The translations under genes and the position numbers were made by a program. A stretch of DNA of 64,000 bases from assembly GCA_000004985.1 (NCBI GenBank), contig GG738899.1, one strand, 5' to 3'. Shown one piece after another: positions 57,101 to 64,000 of the stretch. The notes under the pieces are model-generated. The model was given only the letters and a program-made list of their open reading frames with translations, ran no database searches and was not told where the DNA came from. Each line of letters begins with the position of its first letter. The first letter of the stretch is position 1. This DNA comes from Naegleria gruberi (taxonomy: Eukaryota).

Positions 57101-59552
57101 NNNNNNNNNNNNNNNNNNNNNNNNNNNNNNNNNNNNNNNNNNNNNNNNNNNNNNNNNNNNNNNNNNNNNNNNNNNNNNNNNNNNNNNNNNNNNNNNNNNN
57201 NNNNNNNNNNNNNNNNNNNNNNNNNNNNNNNNNNNNNNNNNNNNNNNNNNNNNNNNNNNNNNNNNNNNNNNNNNNNNNNNNNNNNNNNNNNNNNNNNNNN
57301 NNNNNNNNNNNNNNNNNNNNNNNNNNNNNNNNNNNNNNNNNNNNNNNNNNNNNNNNNNNNNNNNNNNNNNNNNNNNNNNNNNNNNNNNNNNNNNNNNNNN
57401 NNNNNNNNNNNNNNNNNNNNNNNNNNNNNNNNNNNNNNNNNNNNNNNNNNNNNNNNNNNNNNNNNNNNNNNNNNNNNNNNNNNNNNNNNNNNNNNNNNNN
57501 NNNNNNNNNNNNNNNNNNNNNNNNNNNNNNNNNNNNNNNNNNNNNNNNNNNNNNNNNNNNNNNNNNNNNNNNNNNNNNNNNNNNNNNNNNNNNNNNNNNN
57601 NNNNNNNNNNNNNNNNNNNNNNNNNNNNNNNNNNNNNNNNNNNNNNNNNNNNNNNNNNNNNNNNNNNNNNNNNNNNNNNNNNNNNNNNNNNNNNNNNNNN
57701 NNNNNNNNNNNNNNNNNNNNNNNNNNNNNNNNNNNNNNNNNNNNNNNNNNNNNNNNNNNNNNNNNNNNNNNNNNNNNNNNNNNNNNNNNNNNNNNNNNNN
57801 NNNNNNNNNNNNNNNNNNNNNNNNNNNNNNNNNNNNNNNNNNNNNNNNNNNNNNNNNNNNNNNNNNNNNNNNNNNNNNNNNNNNNNNNNNNNNNNNNNNN
57901 NNNNNNNNNNNNNNNNNNNNNNNNNNNNNNNNNNNNNNNNNNNNNNNNNNNNNNNNNNNNNNNNNNNNNNNNNNNNNNNNNNNNNNNNNNNNNNNNNNNN
58001 NNNNNNNNNNNNNNNNNNNNNNNNNNNNNNNNNNNNNNNNNNNNNNNNNNNNNNNNNNNNNNNNNNNNNNNNNNNNNNNNNNNNNNNNNNNNNNNNNNNN
58101 NNNNNNNNNNNNNNNNNNNNNNNNNNNNNNNNNNNNNNNNNNNNNNNNNNNNNNNNNNNNNNNNNNNNNNNNNNNNNNNNNNNNNNNNNNNNNNNNNNNN
58201 NNNNNNNNNNNNNNNNNNNNNNNNNNNNNNNNNNNNNNNNNNNNNNNNNNNNNNNNNNNNNNNNNNNNNNNNNNNNNNNNNNNNNNNNNNNNNNNNNNNN
58301 NNNNNNNNNNNNNNNNNNNNNNNNNNNNNNNNNNNNNNNNNNNNNNNNNNNNNNNNNNNNNNNNNNNNNNNNNNNNNNNNNNNNNNNNNNNNNNNNNNNN
58401 NNNNNNNNNNNNNNNNNNNNNNNNNNNNNNNNNNNNNNNNNNNNNNNNNNNNNNNNNNNNNNNNNNNNNNNNNNNNNNNNNNNNNNNNNNNNNNNNNNNN
58501 NNNNNNNNNNNNNNNNNNNNNNNNNNNNNNNNNNNNNNNNNNNNNNNNNNNNNNNNNNNNNNNNNNNNNNNNNNNNNNNNNNNNNNNNNNNNNNNNNNNN
58601 NNNNNNNNNNNNNNNNNNNNNNNNNNNNNNNNNNNNNNNNNNNNNNNNNNNNNNNNNNNNNNNNNNNNNNNNNNNNNNNNNNNNNNNNNNNNNNNNNNNN
58701 NNNNNNNNNNNNNNNNNNNNNNNNNNNNNNNNNNNNNNNNNNNNNNNNNNNNNNNNNNNNNNNNNNNNNNNNNNNNNNNNNNNNNNNNNNNNNNNNNNNN
58801 NNNNNNNNNNNNNNNNNNNNNNNNNNNNNNNNNNNNNNNNNNNNNNNNNNNNNNNNNNNNNNNNNNNNNNNNNNNNNNNNNNNNNNNNNNNNNNNNNNNN
58901 NNNNNNNNNNNNNNNNNNNNNNNNNNNNNNNNNNNNNNNNNNNNNNNNNNNNNNNNNNNNNNNNNNNNNNNNNNNNNNNNNNNNNNNNNNNNNNNNNNNN
59001 NNNNNNNNNNNNNNNNNNNNNNNNNNNNNNNNNNNNNNNNNNNNNNNNNNNNNNNNNNNNNNNNNNNNNNNNNNNNNNNNNNNNNNNNNNNNNNNNNNNN
59101 NNNNNNNNNNNNNNNNNNNNNNNNNNNNNNNNNNNNNNNNNNNNNNNNNNNNNNNNNNNNNNNNNNNNNNNNNNNNNNNNNNNNNNNNNNNNNNNNNNNN
59201 NNNNNNNNNNNNNNNNNNNNNNNNNNNNNNNNNNNNNNNNNNNNNNNNNNNNNNNNNNNNNNNNNNNNNNNNNNNNNNNNNNNNNNNNNNNNNNNNNNNN
59301 NNNNNNNNNNNNNNNNNNNNNNNNNNNNNNNNNNNNNNNNNNNNNNNNNNNNNNNNNNNNNNNNNNNNNNNNNNNNNNNNNNNNNNNNNNNNNNNNNNNN
59401 NNNNNNNNNNNNNNNNNNNNNNNNNNNNNNNNNNNNNNNNNNNNNNNNNNNNNNNNNNNNNNNNNNNNNNNNNNNNNNNNNNNNNNNNNNNNNNNNNNNN
59501 NNNNNNNNNNNNNNNNNNNNNNNNNNNNNNNNNNNNNNNNNNNNNNNNNNNN
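45164..59552. other. Assembly gap (14,389 N).
   Basis: Run of n. All ORF-track proteins made of X here are artefacts. Confidence 0.99.
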
Positions 59553-60470
59553 ACAAATGTGGTGATCATAAAGCAGTAGAACATCAACATCATCAACATC
59601 ATGGTGAACAATGTTCTCATCAACATCATCATCAACATGATAAAGTAGAATCATCATCTGCTAATCTTTCTGCTGTACAAATTAATAGCATGTCATTTGA
59701 TCAAATTGCTAGTGGATGGGATTCAAATCCAAACAAGTCTCAATTCTCTCGTAATGTAGCTAATGGTATTATGGAAGTACATGAACATGCTAGAAATCAA
59801 AGTGAAAAATTATCAAATTCTAATTTACTTGTTATGGATTTTGGAGCAGGAACTGGTACTTTAACTTTAATGTTTTTGAATCATTATCTTTCACAAATTG
59901 AAAGAATTGATGCTGTTGATGTTAGTTCTGGAATGTTATCACAATTACAAGATAAAATTACCAAATTAACAAATGATAACATGTTAACATGTGGTGAAAA
60001 GATTGTTATTAATAATATTGACTTGGAATTGGCTGAACAATCTTTACATCCTATTAGTTTAAATAAGGGTAAATATAATGTTATCATGTCTGGTATGGTT
60101 TTCCACCACTTGGAAAATATTCCAGAAAAGATTAAATTAATTTCATCTTATTTGGCTCCTGGAGGTATGTTTATTTTGGATTAGAATAATCATCATTTAT
60201 ACTATATTTAAATAATATTAAGGTGTTTTAATTTTCACAGATATTGATAAGGATGAAGAACATTCTGATAAATTCCATTGTAAACATATGAGTGATGCAG
60301 TTCAATATAAGGGTGGATTCAGTGCTTCTGAATTAAAAGTTTGGTTAAATGATGCTGGTTTAGTTAATGAACAATTTTTCAGAAATGTTGAAAATGCAAA
60401 GAAGGGAAATGATGGAATGGAACGAAAATTCACTTTAATGACCACATTAGCTTTCAAACCAGAAATTTAA
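59553..60470 (+). CDS. Class I SAM-dependent methyltransferase with a His-rich N-region, 5'-truncated by the gap. Exon ..59553..60164, intron 60165..60240, exon 60241..60470.
   Basis: Motif I LVMDFGAGTGTLTLMFL, motif post-II/III VIMSGMVFHHL...LAPGG. The splice GGAG|gtatgt...cacag|ATATT continues in frame into DIDKDEEHS...MERKFTLMTTLAFKPEI and joins ORF 60288..60470. Confidence 0.65.
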
Positions 60471-63259
60471 TAAAACTCTTTCATATTTGGATCTAACATA
60501 AAGTTTTCAACAATTGATAAAACTGAAGATCCTTTCTCAACTCGAGGAGATTCTATTGGTTTGGCTTTTTGATATAACAATTCTTCCAATCTCTTTGATG
60601 GTACATTCCTAACTGGTGTTTTCAATTGTGCTTGTTGGAATTGTTGTGAATAAGACATTGTCTGTTGTTGAGATTGTCTTATTGGATCTGATCTTGAAAC
60701 TTCCATTATTGGCTTTGGCCTTTCTGGTATTCTTTCTCGTTCTTGATTAAGTTTTTCTGTTGGAATTGGTGTAATTATTGGTCTAGGTCTTTCTGGTACC
60801 TTTTCTCTTTCTGTAATTCTTTCAGGTACCTTATCTATAGGTTGAGTAGGCTTAGAAATTATATTTTGTTGAGTTGATGCTCTATTAGAATATTGTGGTA
60901 CATAACCACCCATATTACTTGGATTTGTTTGATTTCTTACTATTGATTGAGGCTTAACTGGTGGTGGATTTTGAGGAGGTAAGGAAATTTCTTGTTGTTT
61001 TGGAATTGGTGTTGAAGATTGTCTTGTTAATCTTGGTGGAGGTTTGGAAACTATAAAGTTTGAAACATTATCTTGTTGAGGAGTTTCTTCATCTTCATGG
61101 ACATTTGGCTTATCTTTTGGAATTGGTGGTGGTTTAGATTTTACAGGTGAATCAATTTTAGAAATATTTGATGCATCTATTATTTCAGATGAATTTAAAA
61201 CTGGTTCATCTCTAATTGCTGTCTCTTCATTCTTCGATGTTACTAAAACAGGTTCAAAATTACCCTTATGTGGATTTGTTTTTTTATCCATTTGAATTTG
61301 ATCTTTAATTTTAGATTCAATTCTATTCAAATTATATGGAATACTGTAATGATATTATGTAAAAATTGTAATGAAAATATTTGAACATACCCAAATTTAG
61401 GTGGAACAGAAGAATGCCTAGTATTTGATTGTTTTTTCAAAGGTGTCTTTTTTGTAGGATCTTTCTTAGATGTTACTCCTTTCTTCTTTTTTGCAGGAGA
61501 TGCCATATTAGTTGACCATGCAATTGATTTTGGATTTTCTTCTTCTTGAATAATTGGTCCTTCTTCTATTGGAATTGTTAATTTTTGAGGTCTTGGTTTT
61601 GAGATTGGTACTTGCTCATTAATAATATCTGAATTTGCTCTTCCTCTAGGTGTTGTTACTTGAGAAGGTGTTTGACTATTTGAATAGGATGATGGAGGAG
61701 GTGAAATACTACTAGTAGCATTATAATTTATAATTTTGAATTGGATTTGATTGAATTGGAATTGCTGGTTGTTGGGATGGTTGCATGTAAACTTGTGATT
61801 GTTGAGGTGGAAAAGAAGATTGAGGAGGATTAATATGATGATGAATTACAGGTGAACTTAATGGATGACTTTGATAGGAAGGATAATGAACAAATGTTGG
61901 TTGGTGAGGAATAATTTGAGGTGAAAATGTTGGTGGATAGGCATGTTGAGTATTATTTGGATATGGAGGGTTGAAATAATCATGAACATTAGGTATTGCT
62001 TGTTGGTGATTTGGTGTATTGGAATAATAAGAAGGACGTTGCTGAGCATCATATTGAGGTTGTTGTCTCATTAATGTTGGTGAATCATCATATGAATTAT
62101 TGGAATAAGGATTGTTATTATAATTATTTTGTTGTTGCTGTTGTTGATAAGATGATCTATTGTTATTATTATTGGATTGTTGTCCCTTATTGGGTGATGA
62201 TGGTATCATATTATTAGGCTTTTCAGTCAAGTAATCACCTTCTCTATTATTATAATTTGAATACTGTTGTTGTTGATTATTGTTGTTTGATTGAAAATTA
62301 ACTCCTTGTCTTTCACCTTTTCGCCATCTAGAAGAAGGCTTGAATCTACTTTCATCATTTTCATAATTATCATCATACTCCTGTTGTTGTCTATTATATC
62401 CATTATTATTATTATTATTGAATCCAGTGTTATTATTATTATTGTATGACTGTCTTTGATCATAAGGTTGTTGAGGCTGTTGCTGTTGTGGTTGAGAATT
62501 GTTTGTATTGTGGAGTGATTCTATAATATATAAATTTGAATAAGACATCATCTCCGATATTAAATTAAAACATACCAGCAATATCTCTAATAACTTCCAG
62601 TGATGAATAAGGTCCATTTCTCTTATTGACTGTCCTAATTCCAATCAAGACAAGATATGCAATAATTTGATCCAATTCTTCGGAGAAGGNNNNNNNNNNN
62701 NNNNNNNNNNNNNNNNNNNNNNNNNNNNNNNNNNNNNNNGTAAATTTTTAAAACTAGTAAAACTCCAATTAATTATATTTTCAATTTGTTTGTTAATTAA
62801 TTCTAATTCATTTAAATTATTAATCATATCATTATCAATTGTAATTATTAAATGATTTGGAAATTTTATTTCATTTTCATCTTTAAATTCTAAATTATTA
62901 ACATTTATTGTTTTGGATTTAAATAATTTTATAATCATTAAATATATTAAATATATTAAATATAATATTAAATAAAGTGTATGTATTATATAATTAAGAA
63001 TTCTTCTAAATATATTATTACTATTATTACTAATATTATTACTATTATTATCAATTTTATCATAATTCAATGATGAGCCTAATGATGATGATGATGAGGC
63101 TTTTAAAGGTGGAGAAGGAGAAAGTGATTCCGTTGTAGTAGGTGATGATGATGATAACTTTCTTGTTGTTGATAATAATTCATCTTCCTCTTGTTTTATA
63201 TATTTCTTACTAGTCGTCAAGTTAGGCTGATGATGATGATGATTATTCTTGTTGGACAT
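60467..63259 (-). CDS. Q/N/P-rich low-complexity multi-exon gene. The terminal exon 60467..61343 is well defined (intron 61344..61390). Upstream Q/N-rich exons (61391..~62644) and the N-terminal exon (~62645..63259, interrupted by the 50-N gap 62690..62739) are tentative.
   Basis: GTATGT...ACAG intron joins ...SSVPPKFG|IPYNLNRIESKIKDQ... The C-terminal exon is Pro-rich (KPPPIPKDKP..., PPQNPPPVKP) and ends ...SKRLEELLYQKAKPIESPRVEKGSSVLSIVENFMLDPNMKEFY. Upstream frames (61721..62644 and 62645..63259) are open and Q/N-rich, but I could not fully reconcile their phases. Confidence 0.35.
62690..62739. other. Assembly gap (50 N).
   Basis: Run of n. Confidence 0.99.
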
Positions 63260-63580
63260 TTTTTTGCAAATTGAAATTTCGGAAATTTAAAACACGTAAA
63301 ATTCATTGAAGGCTTGAAAATTTAAACTCTTCGACACGTGTATGAAAAACAACTAGATTGTAAAGAGATCTCTTAATATTAAATATATTTAATGGATGAG
63401 AATTTCATGATAACATTTCTAATAAAAAATTAAATATAAAAAAATGAAAGTAATGAAATATGCTTCATTGTACGTTTCTTTTTTTAAAGGCTTTTTTATT
63501 CATCATCACTTTATCATCATCAAATAATCATCATAATCAACAACAACATGAACATTATCATATATACATCATCATCATCA

Positions 63581-63625
63581 ATATAATAATAATAATAATA
63601 TAAATATAAATATAAATAATAACAA
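63581..63625. repeat. AT microsatellite / simple repeat ((ATA)n, (TAAATA)n).
   Basis: ataataataataataataatataaatataaatataaataataaca. Confidence 0.7.
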
Positions 63626-63630
63626 GTGGA

Positions 63631-63843
63631 ATGATAATACCAGTTATATTAGCAATAGTAGGAGTACGTGATGATGAAAAGAAAGGATTAATGTTTCATA
63701 ATGAAAGACTTGAATATGAAGAATTATTAAGAGAGAAATTTCATGTACAAAAAAATCATAGAATGTATGATCAAATTAATCCACAAATATTTAAAAATCA
63801 AAATCCAGCACTTTTACATCAAATTAGAACAAGAAGAGATTAA
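63631..63843 (+). CDS. Possible small ORF (70 aa) in an extremely AT-rich region.
   Basis: ATG ORF MIIPVILAIVGVRDDEKKGLMFHNERLEYEELLREKF... with no recognised motif; could be spurious. Confidence 0.2.
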   Translation: MIIPVILAIVGVRDDEKKGLMFHNERLEYEELLREKFHVQKNHRMYDQINPQIFKNQNPALLHQIRTRRD

Positions 63844-64000
63844 TTATTATTATTATATTATTAAATATTATTGTAATAGTATTATTGTAATAATTAATTT
63901 AAAAGAAATTTATTCATTTAAAGTATTAATTTCAATATTCTTAATATTATTAACATTTTCAGTTTCATTTTGAATTTCTAATTTTGGAATTGTAATTAAG

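Noticed and set aside
43796-60184. 5,462-aa ORF, plus three ~4,800-aa ORFs on both strands (45087..59657, 45106..59556, 45142..59565, 45153..59579, 45161..59638), consisting almost entirely of X.
   Set aside because: They are translations of the 14,389-N assembly gap. The only real sequence is the 3' adhesin copy (43599..45163) and the methyltransferase (59553..60470) at the two ends, which are unrelated genes.
1-64000. Prokaryotic-style systems (CRISPR arrays, toxin-antitoxin or defence islands, operons, IS elements).
   Set aside because: The sequence is clearly eukaryotic (spliceosomal introns, CAAX GTPase, UFL1, SPCS1). No direct-repeat/spacer arrays, terminal inverted repeats with transposase, or retroelement ORFs were seen.

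Overview
This window is eukaryotic nuclear DNA, not prokaryotic. It is AT-rich (roughly 70% AT in coding sequence, over 85% in intergenic spacers) and gene-dense, with short GT-AG introns of about 40-105 bp that usually begin GTAAGT or GTATGT. The introns are phase-consistent and the proteins are N/Q/S/T-rich with low-complexity tracts. The gene content (RhoGDI, several-intron Rac, UFL1, LC8 dynein light chain, SPCS1, SCYL1, TLDc, RPA2, PI synthase) fits an amoebozoan or dictyostelid-like social-amoeba genome; that lineage call is inference. I can support about 30 protein-coding genes, one tRNA-Glu, two small pseudogene fragments and three assembly gaps (51 N, 14,389 N, 50 N). ORF-track entries starting with M often use TTG or GTG, so I relocated true ATGs where I could. 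The centrepiece is an 11.3-kb gene (18139..29412) for a roughly 3,720-aa type-II membrane protein: about 28 tandem bacterial-type cadherin-like Ca-binding repeats, an inserted ice-binding-like (DUF3494) beta-helix, a vWA domain and a C-terminal C-type lectin domain. That architecture resembles bacterial giant RTX/ice-binding adhesins more than any standard eukaryotic adhesin. A near-identical second copy of its 3' end (vWA plus CTLD) reappears 14 kb downstream between two assembly gaps, so a largely unassembled tandem paralogue, or a misplaced repeat contig, is likely. Other points of note are recurring promoter-proximal motifs (ACACGTGT, GAGCGCAC), a 20-bp perfect palindrome, two head-to-tail gene pairs separated by fewer than 40 nt, micro-exons of 10 and 13 nt, and a gene-fragment junkyard with SCYL1 3'-end and Hsp70 relics. 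Coordinates are anchored to the ORF track where possible; unanchored features may be off by 1-2 nt.
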